Assembly: GCA_963829055.1 (NCBI GenBank) | Contig: CAWHHI010000006.1 | Coordinates: forward strand, 128,001 to 192,000 | DNA length: 64,000 bases | Direction: 5' to 3' | From: an uncultured Gemmatimonadaceae bacterium | GTDB lineage: Bacteria > Gemmatimonadota > Gemmatimonadetes > Gemmatimonadales > Gemmatimonadaceae | Part shown: one piece after another, positions 25,586 to 35,497 of the stretch | How the letters are laid out: the number at the start of each line of letters is the position of its first letter | Position numbering within the stretch: position 1 is the first letter of the stretch | Translations under genes and position numbers: made by a program | Notes under the pieces: generated by a model | What the model was told of the DNA's origin: nothing | The model's input: only the letters and a program-made list of their open reading frames with translations | The model's database searches: none

Positions 25586-26933
25586 ATGAACATTCGAAAG
25601 CGGATCGAGCAGACGGCATCACGCACCAGCGCGATGGAGCAGGGGATAAAGAAGCGGGCACTGCCGCTCAGTGACCCGTCCGATCTCGACCCGCTCATCG
25701 AGCGCATCGGCGACGCCCGATACGTTCTGCTCGGCGAAGCGTCGCACGGCACGTCGGAGTTCTACCCGTGGCGAACGGAGATCTCGCGCCGGTTGATCCA
25801 GGAGCACGGCTTCTCGTTCATCGCCGTCGAAGGCGACTGGCCCGACTGCTACCGCGTCAATCGCTACGTGAAATCGTACACCGACTCTGGCGACAGTGCG
25901 CGCGACGTGCTGCACGCGTTCGAGCGCTGGCCGACGTGGATGTGGGCGAATCGCGAGGTAGCCGAGCTGGCCGAGTGGCTTCGCGATCACAACCGGCGGC
26001 TGGGGGAGCGCGCGTCAGGCGGGTTCTACGGGCTCGACGTGTACTCGCTGTGGGACTCGATGCACGCGGTGGTCGAGTATCTGGAATCCGTCGATCCGGA
26101 GCTCGCGCGCGCGGCGCGCGCGGCCTATCGACTGCTTCGAGCCGTACGCCGAGGACGCGCAGGAGTACGCGCGCGCGACGGCGCTCGTGCCGACGTCGTG
26201 CGAGCACGAGGCGGTGGCGGTGCTCGGCGCGCTGCGCGACAAGGCGCCGGAGTATCGAGGCGACGGCCGCGACGCGTTCTTCAACGCCGAGCAGAACGCG
26301 CTCGTCGCGCGAAACGCGGAGCTGTACTACCGCACGATGGTGCGCGGCGGGCCGACGTCGTGGAACGTGCGCGACACGCACATGGTCGAGACGCTCGAGC
26401 GGCTGATGTCGCACCACGGGCCGAACGCGAAGGCGATCGTCTGGGAGCACAACACGCACATCGGCGACGCGCGCTTCACCGACATGGCGCGCGCGGGGAT
26501 GGTCAACGTCGGCCAGCTCGTGCGGCAGCAGCACGACGCGGACGGCGTGGTGCTCGTCGGCTTCGGCACGCATCGCGGCACGGTGATCGCGGCCGACGAG
26601 TGGGGCGCGCCGATGCGGCGGATGCGCGTTCCGCCGGCGCGCGAGGGCAGCTTCGAGGACGCGCTGCACGGGGCACGCCAGGGTGACGCGCTGCTGCTGT
26701 TCGACGGCACGGATGACGGCGGCATCGCGGGTCTCGACGAGCCGATCGGCCATCGCGCGATCGGCGTGGTGTACGACCCGCGAAACGAGCACTGGGGCAA
26801 CTACGTGCCGACGATCGTCCCGCGGCGTTACGACGCGTTTCTGTACATCGAGGAGAGCGCAGGCGTGGACCCGCTGCACATGCCGGTGCTCGTGGACGGC
26901 GAGCCGCCGGAGACGTATCCGTCGGGCGTCTGA
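25586..26933 (+). CDS. Erythromycin esterase family protein; frameshift near 26130
   Basis: VLLGEASHGTSEFY; IAVEGDWPD; WPTWMWAN; FYGLDVYS; SWNVRDTHM; VWEHNTHIGDARFT; HRAIGVVY; PETYPSGV. Confidence 0.92.
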
Positions 26934-27018
26934 GCTGGTTGCTGCTGGCTGCTGCTCGCGTTCTGACGTTCGGGATCGCTGTCTTGTCGGCGGGGGCGTC
27001 GCGTCTCCGGCGCCGTAG

Positions 27019-27418
27019 GCGCTTACACGCCTCGAGCCGACGGGTACCGGGCTCCGCGTAACGCTCACTGGCTCGGCCCCGTCGTCTCGGGGCTACGCGC
27101 CAACGACGCCTACGACGCGACACCCCCGCCTCCTGGTACGCGTCCCGACCATCAGGGTAAGCAGCGAGCAGCACCCAGCAAGTGCGCGCCCTAACGCGCG
27201 CCGGGCCGTCTCCGCGCGCAGGGTTGCGCGGACTTGCTGCGCGCTGGGCGCGGTCGGGATGCGTGCTCGGTGACGAGCGGCCGGCCACGCGAGCGAGCTA
27301 TGCCGGGGGGCGCGGGCGCTCGGCGTAGGGGGCCTCGCGCGTAGCCCCGAGACAACGGGGCCGAGCTACCCTCCGACAGAGGGGTTCCGGTACCCCTTGG
27401 CTCGAGGCGTGTAAGCGC
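27019..27418. repeat. About 400-bp MITE-like nested palindrome between convergent genes
   Basis: Perfect 20-bp TIR GCGCTTACACGCCTCGAGCC; inner 30-bp IR GCTCGGCCCCGTCGTCTCGGGGCTACGCGC with one mismatch; further nested stems. Confidence 0.8.
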
Positions 27419-27523
27419 GTGGCCACCGGAGCCGAGTGCCCGCGCCTAGCGCCGCGACGATCCTCGACCAGCCCCGCGCGCTCAGATGCAAAGCACGCAG
27501 CCCCAGCGCAGCGAGCAGCCCGC

Positions 27524-28525
27524 CTAACGCCAGCGACGACTGGCCAACACCACGCCCGCGCCGACCGCCGCCGCGCTCAGCACCGTGGCCATGCGATGCA
27601 TTGACGTCATCGTGTAGAGGCTGCGCTTGCGCACCATGCCCGGATAGTTGCCCCGCTCCCGGCCACCGCCCTGCGGCTCGTAGAGTGAATCGTCACGCTT
27701 GCGCCGCGATGGCTTCTTCATCTTCTGCTGATCGAACATCGTCGCGCGCATGTAGCGATCCGCGACGCGCGGCACCGCGTCCATCGCCGCCGTCATCTTC
27801 CCGCCACCACCCACGATCAGGTCGCGACGCGCATGCTCGGCGCAGAAGAGGATCGCTTCCGCCACCACCGACGGGTCGTATACCGGCGGCGGATGCTTCG
27901 GCTCCGCTTCCATATAGTTGCGGGCGTGCTCCGGAAATGGTGTGTCGATCGCGCCCGGCTTGATCAGCGTCACCGAGATCGGCGCTTCCTCCTTCTCGAT
28001 CTCCATCCGCAGCGCATCGGTGAACGCCTTCACCGCGTGCTTGCTCGCGGAGTAGTGGCCCTGCAGCGGAATCGCGCGATCGCTCGTGACACTGCCGACG
28101 TTGATCAGTGCGCCCCCGTGATCCTTGAGATGCGCGACCGCCGTCAGCGACCCGTGGACCATCCCCCAGTAGTTCACGTCGAACAGACGCCGTGCGTCCT
28201 CGACGGGCACTTCCTCGATGGGGCCGTAGATGGAGACGCCGGCGTTGTTGACCCAGGTGTCGAAGCCGCCGAACGCCTCGGTCGCGCGCTCCGCGATCAT
28301 GCCGACGTCATCGAGACTCGCGACATCGGCCATGACCGTGATCGCGCGGCCACCGGAGCCTTCGATCTCGACACGCGCGCTCGCCAGTCCTTCTGGGTCG
28401 CGGGCCGCGAGTACCACCCGCGCGCCCAGCTGCGCGGCCATCTTTGCCGTCGCGAGCCCGATCCCGCTCGAAGCACCAGTGATGACGACGACCTGGTCTT
28501 CGATACGCTTGAGCTTTACTCCCAT
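27524..28525 (-). CDS. SDR family oxidoreductase
   Basis: VVITGASSGIG; WVNNAG; YSASK catalytic motif; PGAIDTP. Confidence 0.93.
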   Translation of the reverse strand: MGVKLKRIEDQVVVITGASSGIGLATAKMAAQLGARVVLAARDPEGLASARVEIEGSGGRAITVMADVASLDDVGMIAERATEAFGGFDTWVNNAGVSIYGPIEEVPVEDARRLFDVNYWGMVHGSLTAVAHLKDHGGALINVGSVTSDRAIPLQGHYSASKHAVKAFTDALRMEIEKEEAPISVTLIKPGAIDTPFPEHARNYMEAEPKHPPPVYDPSVVAEAILFCAEHARRDLIVGGGGKMTAAMDAVPRVADRYMRATMFDQQKMKKPSRRKRDDSLYEPQGGGRERGNYPGMVRKRSLYTMTSMHRMATVLSAAAVGAGVVLASRRWR

Positions 28526-28577
28526 GCGCTCCCCGACGAAAAAGAAGAGAGCGTTGGAGTTCAAGAATCCTGCCGCG

Positions 28578-28904
28578 TCAGTCCTTGACCATCGGCAGCC
28601 CCGCGTCGATCCACTCCTTCTTGCCGCCCGAGTACTCGCGGATGTTCGTGTAGCCCATCGCCTCGAGCTCGCTAGCGGCCCAGCCCGATGTCGGGCAGTC
28701 GTCGTCCCAACAATAGAGCACGATCTCGGCGCTCTTGTCGGGGACGACCTCGCTCGCGACGGCCGCCACCGCCGTCGGCGGCAGGTTCTTCGCGCCGGGC
28801 AGGTGGTGCTTCCGGAAATACATGAGCGGCAACACCTCGAACAGCGTGAAGGTGTCGCCGCGATCCATTTTCTCTTTGAGCTCGTCGCGCGTGATGATGA
28901 CCAT
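28578..28904 (-). CDS. Rhodanese-like domain protein
   Basis: ITRDELKEKM..HLPGAKNLP..IVLYC..MGYTNIREYSGGKKEWIDAGLP. Confidence 0.9.
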   Translation of the reverse strand: MVIITRDELKEKMDRGDTFTLFEVLPLMYFRKHHLPGAKNLPPTAVAAVASEVVPDKSAEIVLYCWDDDCPTSGWAASELEAMGYTNIREYSGGKKEWIDAGLPMVKD

Positions 28905-28923
28905 GGTGAAATGTAGATGCGCG

Positions 28924-29385
28924 CTAAGCACTTGAGCGACCATCGTTTGCCTTCCGGGGTGTGTCCGCAATGGGTCCACCGGACTCGTTTTCGATCACCC
29001 TGAGGGTAGTCGCGGCGTCCGCTTGCTCGTAGGAGCGCTTCATCGTCGCGAGGTCCCTCCAGCCGCCGGCGCGCGGCGGCAGCTGGCACGCGACGACGTC
29101 GCCGCGGCGGATGGGGGCGAGCAGTTCGCCCTTCCTCCCGCGTAGTGGCCTGACCGTGAACAGCTCGCCAGCGAGCAGCGTCGGCGCCATCGCGCTCCTG
29201 AGATTCCAGTACGAGGGGCCGTCGCGTTTGCCGCCCGCGGTGGAATCACCGACCAGCACCACGATGTACGCGACCGCCATCAGCCCGAGGCCGACGGGGA
29301 TGAGCATGAGCGCGAGGGCGAGCGCCGCATAGGCGAGTCCCGGCGTAAGGTGTGGAGGCGGCTTCGCAGCCGGGGATGATAGCAA
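28924..29385 (-). pseudogene. Chimeric remnant: signal peptidase I-like N-terminus joined to a tyrosine-recombinase-like C-terminus
   Basis: TM plus SAMAPTLLAGE..IRRGDVV (S26-like, catalytic Lys region missing), then GGWRDLATMKRSYEQAD resembling an integrase box II tail. Confidence 0.5.
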
Positions 29386-29604
29386 ATCCGCGGCGCTGCG
29401 GACTTCGGCGCGTTAGGCGGCGGGTGGAGCGGCAGTGGCGGCGACTCAAAGGGCACGCGATGCGGGCGGTAGGCATTTGGAACGATGCACCGGACGGGCT
29501 TCGTCCTGAATCGCCACTTGCGCCGAAGTGGGGACCCGGCCTTGCCGTGGAGTGGACACAGGCCGATACTGGGCGTCCCAATCAAAGCCCGACGGGCATC
29601 TCCC

Positions 29605-29813
29605 ATGTCTGACCGTTCCGAGCACCTCAGCGCCATTGCCGCCCGGCTGGAACGCGTGCGTGGCACGCTCACAGCCGCGGAATTCGCGAGCTCGTCGAGG
29701 ACGTCGCGCGCACGGCCCGCAAGTTCGAGCAATTCGAACCGCGTCACTCCGAACGGCTGCCCGACGGCCCTGTCCTCCTGACGCCGCCGGAGACGCGCAT
29801 TCCACCAGAGTAG
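29605..29813 (+). CDS. Small hypothetical protein (one frameshift)
   Basis: MSDRSEHLSAIAARLERVRGTLTAAEF continuing as ELVEDVARTARKFEQFE.. to TAG at 29813; helical, coding-like codons. Confidence 0.45.
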
Positions 29814-30205
29814 CGGGAGCATCACCGCGCCGGCGAATCGTGACCGGCGCCGGCCCGTGTCTTCGTCCTTCGAGACTCCTACCTGACACCCGCTAACACA
29901 CTCCGCTATGGCGGGGACGCGTGCTAAGCGCTAAGACGCGTCGCGAGCCATCGACGGCTGTGGCGCCTGGCCCGCACGCGTGATCCTGTCAAGCCCGACG
30001 TTCCACCGGTATCGGCGCACTTAACGCGCCGGACGGCCGCCGGTATACGCCGGAACGGCCTCTGCCTTAAGGTCCGACGCACGAGCTCGCCTCGTGCGCC
30101 AGTGCGCCGTGCGGGACCCGGAAGCCCCTCCCAACGGGCGCCTCCCCGCGGCACCCGGGCGCCACCGCCACCGCACGCTCCCGCAGTCCTGCGAGGACGA
30201 CCCGA

Positions 30206-30430
30206 ATGGACGCCCGCGCCTACTACGAGCTCGCCGCCAGCATCGACGAGGCCACCACACTCGCGGCCCTCGCCGCCGTCCGCGAGCGGGTCGCCCGGAC
30301 CGACCTGCTCGCCTGGAGCGCGTGCGCGCTGGAGCACCTGCTGCGTGCCCGCGACCACACGCTCAGGTTCCACGCGCGCCTCGGGAGACGACTCCGACGC
30401 CGGGCTCCGCCGGCGCCGCGCGACGACTAG
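30206..30430 (+). CDS. Small hypothetical protein
   Basis: MDARAYYELAASIDEATTLAALAAVRERVARTDL; GC3-rich codons. Confidence 0.45.
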   Translation: MDARAYYELAASIDEATTLAALAAVRERVARTDLLAWSACALEHLLRARDHTLRFHARLGRRLRRRAPPAPRDD

Positions 30431-30443
30431 TGGCATCCGCGCA

Positions 30444-30600
30444 GTGATCCTGTCCGAGTACGACCCGCAGAAAGCCGTACCCGTCGCCGAGTCTCCGACC
30501 GGTGCCCGCTGGGTGCATGAGCTCAAACTCGACGGCTTCCGCATGGGCGTGTTCGTCAGCGGCCGCGGAAGGCGCGGGGCGCGCGCATCCAAGCTCGCTC
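30444..30600 (+). pseudogene. Fragment of an ATP-dependent DNA ligase (LigD ligase-domain N-terminus)
   Basis: YDPQKAVPVAESPTGARWVHELKLDGFRM contains motif I KxDGxR; no downstream ligase motifs. Confidence 0.65.
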
Positions 30601-31178
30601 GGCGCGCTACGCGAGGCGATCGATCGGCGTCGACGCGAGCTCGCGAGCGAGTAGGTCGCCGGTCAGTCGGATTGATCGCGAGGTGCTGGAGTCGTTTGTC
30701 CAGCGCACGTGAAGGGGCTCAAGATCAGCGGCGTCCCGCCTAACGCGTCCCCGGAACGCCTCCGGTGAGTCCAATGTGAGTCCCCGCGGGCGGTGAAACG
30801 CGGCGAAACGGGGTGCGAGTCGGCGGGCGGAACGCCCCGCCGAGAGGGACGCGGGAAAGTTCGCCGGTGCCGGCACCCGTGATGCATCCCATGGTGAAAT
30901 GGACCACGCGCGCTAAGCGGTTGTGCGGCCATCGCTTGCCTTTCGCGGGAAGCGAGGATGGCGGGAGTGAGTGGCGACGCCATCGCCATCTGGCATCGCG
31001 AGAATATGCCCGTAGCGCTGTTCAAAGGGTTACCATCCGGGAACTGACTTTCCCGAGGTCGTCGTTTGCCGAACACCTTCAATTCGTACTGCGCGTCGCC
31101 CGAGTCTGACCTCTACCAAAGCTGTGAGTGCCGCCAACTCGCGCGGACGACCGTTCCTCGCACCTTCAGGCGCGAACG

Positions 31179-31406
31179 ATGAGCGGTGCTCTACAGGCGG
31201 GGGACACGTGCCCCAAGTGCATCGACCGGCGCGGGCGCATCACGACGACCCGCCGGATCCGCGAGGCCGACGTCGATGCCTACGACGGCATGTATCGCGG
31301 AGCGCAGGTCGCCACTGACTATTCGTGCGATCACGGGCACTCATGGCGCGAGACGTTCCCACCTGCGCTGGCGCCTGACTCCAAGCACAACGGCCACATC
31401 CTCTAG
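31179..31406 (+). CDS. Small Zn-ribbon-like hypothetical protein
   Basis: CPKC..CDHGH metal-ligand pattern in 75 aa. Confidence 0.55.
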   Translation: MSGALQAGDTCPKCIDRRGRITTTRRIREADVDAYDGMYRGAQVATDYSCDHGHSWRETFPPALAPDSKHNGHIL

Positions 31407-31471
31407 CAGCGGCGGTCGGTGACACCACCGACGCCGGGGCGCACGCGTGCCGAGCGTGAACCAAGGAGCTC

Positions 31472-31852
31472 ATGAGCATTACGATTCCGCATTCAGCGCT
31501 GACGCTACTGATTCTCGAGATCAACCGCCTGGTCGACACGGGCGAGTACGACGCGGTCACTCTCGCCGATGTGTCGGGCCGGATCGATGAAGGTACCATT
31601 CTCCAGTTCCTCGACACGAACACGCGCCCAACGGGCACGTTCCAGGCTCACCGAAACGGCGGAACGTACGGCAACTTCGAGGACTGGTACGTCGCTTACC
31701 TGCAGGCGATGTACAGCGCGTACCGCGGGGAGGAAGGCGCGAAGTTCGGCGTTCGCAATCGAGGTCTCTGTGCACTGCTGGCGTGGACCAACGAGATCAT
31801 CCAGCAGGGCGCGGGCTGGCAGCCGAACCCGAGAGTCGTTAGGCACGCGTAG
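31472..31852 (+). CDS. Hypothetical protein, 126 aa
   Basis: Strong RBS AAGGAG; clean ORF with globular composition; no family recognised. Confidence 0.7.
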   Translation: MSITIPHSALTLLILEINRLVDTGEYDAVTLADVSGRIDEGTILQFLDTNTRPTGTFQAHRNGGTYGNFEDWYVAYLQAMYSAYRGEEGAKFGVRNRGLCALLAWTNEIIQQGAGWQPNPRVVRHA

Positions 31853-32058
31853 AAGAACTACTCTCGGCGTTCGTCGCGCCGCTCGTCGACCAGCCGCGGC
31901 GCGTTCGGGCGGGGTTCCCGGTCAGACGCCGGTCGCGCGCGTGACGGTGCACGCGGGTCCTGCCGTCTACGTCGACACGCGTATAGGTGCATAAAGGCGT
32001 TGCACGCATACTCTCCTCACCCGCCAGCCCTGGCGGCGTCCCGCTCCCGAGGTAGAGA

Positions 32059-32465
32059 ATGACACCGCTCCGCGCCGCCTTCCGATTCTGCCGACTCGCT
32101 GTCTGGTCTGCCTCCCCGCGTGCTACACGTGGACGCCGGTCGTGATCGCCCCTGCGCCTGCGCTTGGGAAGAATGCCAGCGTCCGCGTCGAGCGCGCTGG
32201 CCAGAAACGAGCCGTCTACTTTACCCGCGCGCGAGTGGTCGGCGACAGCCTCCTCGGCCGCGGGGATGACGCCGCGCGGCTTCCCGCAGCCATGGCGGTT
32301 GCCGACGTGCGGCGCGCTGAGCAACGACACTTCAGTGTCAAGCGAACGACGGGCCTGGTCATTGCCGCCGGCGTCGTCGCCGGGATCATCGCCGCGGCAC
32401 TGGCCGACAATTCCGGGTACGGCCTCAAGGTGTGTGCGCCCGCGGAACGCTCGGTCATCTGTTAG
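32059..32465 (+). CDS. Putative lipoprotein/membrane protein; frameshift near 5' end
   Basis: LPACYTWTPV lipobox-like; RARVVGDSLLG; C-terminal TM TTGLVIAAGVVAGIIAAAL. Confidence 0.55.
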
Positions 32466-32509
32466 AATCACGGCCGGCCAGCTACCAACCGCCGTTTATC
32501 TTGCAGGCG

Positions 32510-32739
32510 ATGAGGATTGTCTCTGTGTCCTTCGCTCACTGAGCTCGTGTTCGACCTCGGCCACGGCGACGCGCTCGTTGGCCGGACGAAGTTCTGCGTC
32601 CACCCCGCGGACCGCGTCGATCGAGTCGAGAAAGTTGGCGGCACCAAGAACCCCAAGATCGACCGCATCATCACGCTGGCCCCTGACCTCGTCCTGCTGA
32701 ACGAGGAAGAGAACCGCCGCGAGGACGCCGAGGCGCTCG
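32510..32739 (+). pseudogene. Truncated duplicate of the 5' end of the helical-backbone metal receptor gene at 35498
   Basis: 32518-32739 matches 35508-35729 at 219 of 222 positions. Confidence 0.9.
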
Positions 32740-32880
32740 CGATGGGCCCGGTGCTTAACTCGACAGCGCGCACGCCGGGGATCCGTCGCGAGATCGGGAT
32801 GTGCCGCGACTCGTAGTAGGCGTCGAACGCGGCCGGTCGGCCGGGGGGTGAAACAGGACGAGCGCCTTAGCCATAGCCAT
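32740..32880 (-). pseudogene. N-terminal fragment of an EthD family protein
   Basis: MAKALVLFHPPAD then (after one indel) AAFDAYYESRHIPISRRIPGVRAVELSTGP; truncated at the duplicate junction. Confidence 0.7.
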
Positions 32881-33217
32881 GGGATCTCTCCAACGTGTGG
32901 GGACACCAGTGCGGGCGAATATGGCGGCGCGCCGGTGCGGCCACGCGCCGCCATCCGGAACGCACGAACCAGGAGGAATTCGGCTCACGCCGGAGCCGCG
33001 CAGCGGCCGTGCGCTCGATAGCCCGGCCGCCCTGATTGCCTCGCCATCCAGACGAGGCGAATGGCAACGCCGGATGTTGCCGCGGCGGGCACTGCGCGTC
33101 GGATGGCCGTTAGGTCACCCGACTTACTAGGTTGCACGCGTCAGCCGGGTAGACGGGTGTCGGTACTCGTACTGATCACATCCAGACAGTCCGGAATCGC
33201 CTCCGACTCTATCCCAC

Positions 33218-34621
33218 GTGACGCGCGATCCCCAAGCAACTCGCGATGGCCCGGCCGCGCGGCTTGATAGTCGCGCCGAGAGCGCCCTGCGAACGAATCC
33301 GGAGACGTGGCTCGCGGCCATTGTGGATTCATCCGATGACGCCATTATCGGGAAGACGCTCGATAGCGTGATTCGGAGTTGGAACGGCGGCGCACGCCGC
33401 ATTTTCGGCTACGACGCGGCAGAGATCGTCGGCAAGCCCATCACCCACCTGATCCCGCCAGAGCTCCATCACGAAGAGTCCCAGATCATCGCGCGGCTGC
33501 TCGAGGGGAAGCGCGTCGACCACTACGAGACGGTGCGTGTCCGCAAAGACGGCGCGCGGATCGACGTCTCGCTGAGCGTCTCACCGATCCGCAGCGCAGA
33601 CGGACAGATCATCGGTGCGGCCAAGGTCGTTCGCGACGTCACGGAAGCGAAACGGCTCCAGCGCGCCGAGCGCGAGTTGCTGGAGCAGCTCCAGGAACTC
33701 ACCAGCGAGCTCGAACAACAGATCGAGGAGGCTCAATCGCTCCAGGAAGAGGTCGAACAAGCGAACAATGATCTCGTAGCGTCGCTGGCGGATGCCGATT
33801 CGTCGCGAGAGCACGCGGAGGTCGCACGCCGGGAGGCCAACGACGCGCGCCACTCGGCGGAGGAGGCGAACGCCGCGAAGAGTCAGTTCCTGGCGACGAT
33901 GAGCCACGAGCTTCGGACCCCGCTCAACGCGATCGTGGGGTACGTCGACCTCCTCGACATCGGCGTTCACGGACCGCTCACGCCCGCACAGCGCGACGAC
34001 GTGGCCCGAATTCGGCGCAGCGGGGAGACGCTGCACCGCCTGGTCGAAGACGTGTTGAGCTTCGCCAGACTCGAATCCGGCAGGATCGAGTACCGGTACG
34101 ACGACGTGGTTCTCGATCAGTTTCTTGCGACCCTAGAGGGTTTTATCGCGCCTCGTCTCGCCCAGAAGAACCTCGAATACCACCTCGATTCCCGCCACGC
34201 CGCGGTGACCGTATCCGTGGACCGTGACAAGGTCGAGCAGATCATGCTCAACCTCCTCTCGAACGCCGTGAAGTTCACGGACCGAGGCCGCATTGACGTT
34301 CGCTGCGCGGTCGACGACGGCACCATCAGAATCGACGTCAAGGACACCGGCCGCGGGATTCCGGCGCCGTTGCTGGACTCGATTTTCGAGCCGTTTGTCC
34401 AGGGCGATCGATCGCTCACTCGCACCGCCGAAGGCACAGGCCTTGGCCTCTCCATAAGCCGACAGCTCGCGCGGGGGACGGGCGGCGACATTGTGGTCGA
34501 GAGCGTCCTGGGCGAAGGGTCGACGTTCTCGCTGATGCTCCCACGGAGGCGCGGCGAGAACGTCGGCATGGTGGAGACGAAGTGTGACACGAACGGAGCG
34601 CCTGGCGTACGGGGACGTTAG
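33218..34621 (+). CDS. Cytoplasmic PAS-domain sensor histidine kinase
   Basis: LAAIVDSSDDAIIGK PAS; coiled coil; FLATMSHELRTPLN; NLLSNAVKFT; DTGRGI; GTGLGLSIS. Confidence 0.93.
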   Translation: MTRDPQATRDGPAARLDSRAESALRTNPETWLAAIVDSSDDAIIGKTLDSVIRSWNGGARRIFGYDAAEIVGKPITHLIPPELHHEESQIIARLLEGKRVDHYETVRVRKDGARIDVSLSVSPIRSADGQIIGAAKVVRDVTEAKRLQRAERELLEQLQELTSELEQQIEEAQSLQEEVEQANNDLVASLADADSSREHAEVARREANDARHSAEEANAAKSQFLATMSHELRTPLNAIVGYVDLLDIGVHGPLTPAQRDDVARIRRSGETLHRLVEDVLSFARLESGRIEYRYDDVVLDQFLATLEGFIAPRLAQKNLEYHLDSRHAAVTVSVDRDKVEQIMLNLLSNAVKFTDRGRIDVRCAVDDGTIRIDVKDTGRGIPAPLLDSIFEPFVQGDRSLTRTAEGTGLGLSISRQLARGTGGDIVVESVLGEGSTFSLMLPRRRGENVGMVETKCDTNGAPGVRGR

Positions 34622-34641
34622 GCGGGTTTGCGCCCGGCGCT

Positions 34642-35325
34642 TTAGCCCAGCGATAGCGTGCACAGGTGAGCGATCGCATGGGCAATGACCGCGTACTCGA
34701 ACCCGTACCTCGAGTACAGCCAGCCAAACAGCACGCCGGCGCCCCCATTCGCCAGGACGCTCGCAACCTGGACCGCCGGCGCGAGAGTCGACCCCGTCAG
34801 ATGGAACGCCGCCAGCAGGATCCCTGACGCCAGGACTCCGACCCACACTCGGCGGCGCGCGAGCCACACGACGGCGCTCATGAAGAACAGGTGCAGCACG
34901 ACCTCGAGCGTTATCGCCGCGAACGGTGTCGTTAGGATCCGGACGAGTAGCCCACCGGGCAACCGAGGGGCTCCTGTGAGACGAAGCGCTGCGACACCGG
35001 CAAGGCCAAACACGAGCCCCGCTGCTGCTGCGACCGCGAGCCCACCTGTCGAAAACCGGGCGGCCTCACGCACCTCGAACGCTCGCAGCAGCGGCATTGG
35101 CAGGTTGACGATGTCCGCGATTCGCAGGCCCATCCACGCTGCGAGCCCGGACGCGACCGTCGCGCCGACGACGAACGGCCACAGCGCGGACGTCGCGCGA
35201 CCGTCGGCGGCGCTCAGGAATGGGAGGTAGAGAACCGCGCCAAGCAGACTCGCGGCAGTGAGCGCCAGAAGTCGTCGCCGTACTGGCGGAGTGGCTGCCG
35301 CGGGGCCCGTCGTCGGCGTTGTCAT
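34642..35325 (-). CDS. CPBP/Abi-like intramembrane protease family membrane protein
   Basis: Multiple TMs; LEVVLH, AAFH and GWLYSRYGFEYAVIAHAIAH motifs (first motif degenerate). Confidence 0.7.
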   Translation of the reverse strand: MTTPTTGPAAATPPVRRRLLALTAASLLGAVLYLPFLSAADGRATSALWPFVVGATVASGLAAWMGLRIADIVNLPMPLLRAFEVREAARFSTGGLAVAAAAGLVFGLAGVAALRLTGAPRLPGGLLVRILTTPFAAITLEVVLHLFFMSAVVWLARRRVWVGVLASGILLAAFHLTGSTLAPAVQVASVLANGGAGVLFGWLYSRYGFEYAVIAHAIAHLCTLSLG

Positions 35326-35497
35326 GGGTCGCTTACTTCATAGCGCAGCGGATCGCCGCTCGCCACCGCGTGGGGATCAGACGCGCATCGGCACTGCCGA
35401 AGGGGAGGCATCACACACTGAGGCCGGTGCACGAAGCGACACCCAGCGACCAGCACGACCACGCAGCACCCAGCCGCCGTAGACTATTTTCGACGAT

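Noticed and set aside
25586..26933. Macrolide resistance gene (ere)
   Set aside because: Family membership only; it resembles the widespread chromosomal esterase-like homologues and has no integron or resistance context.
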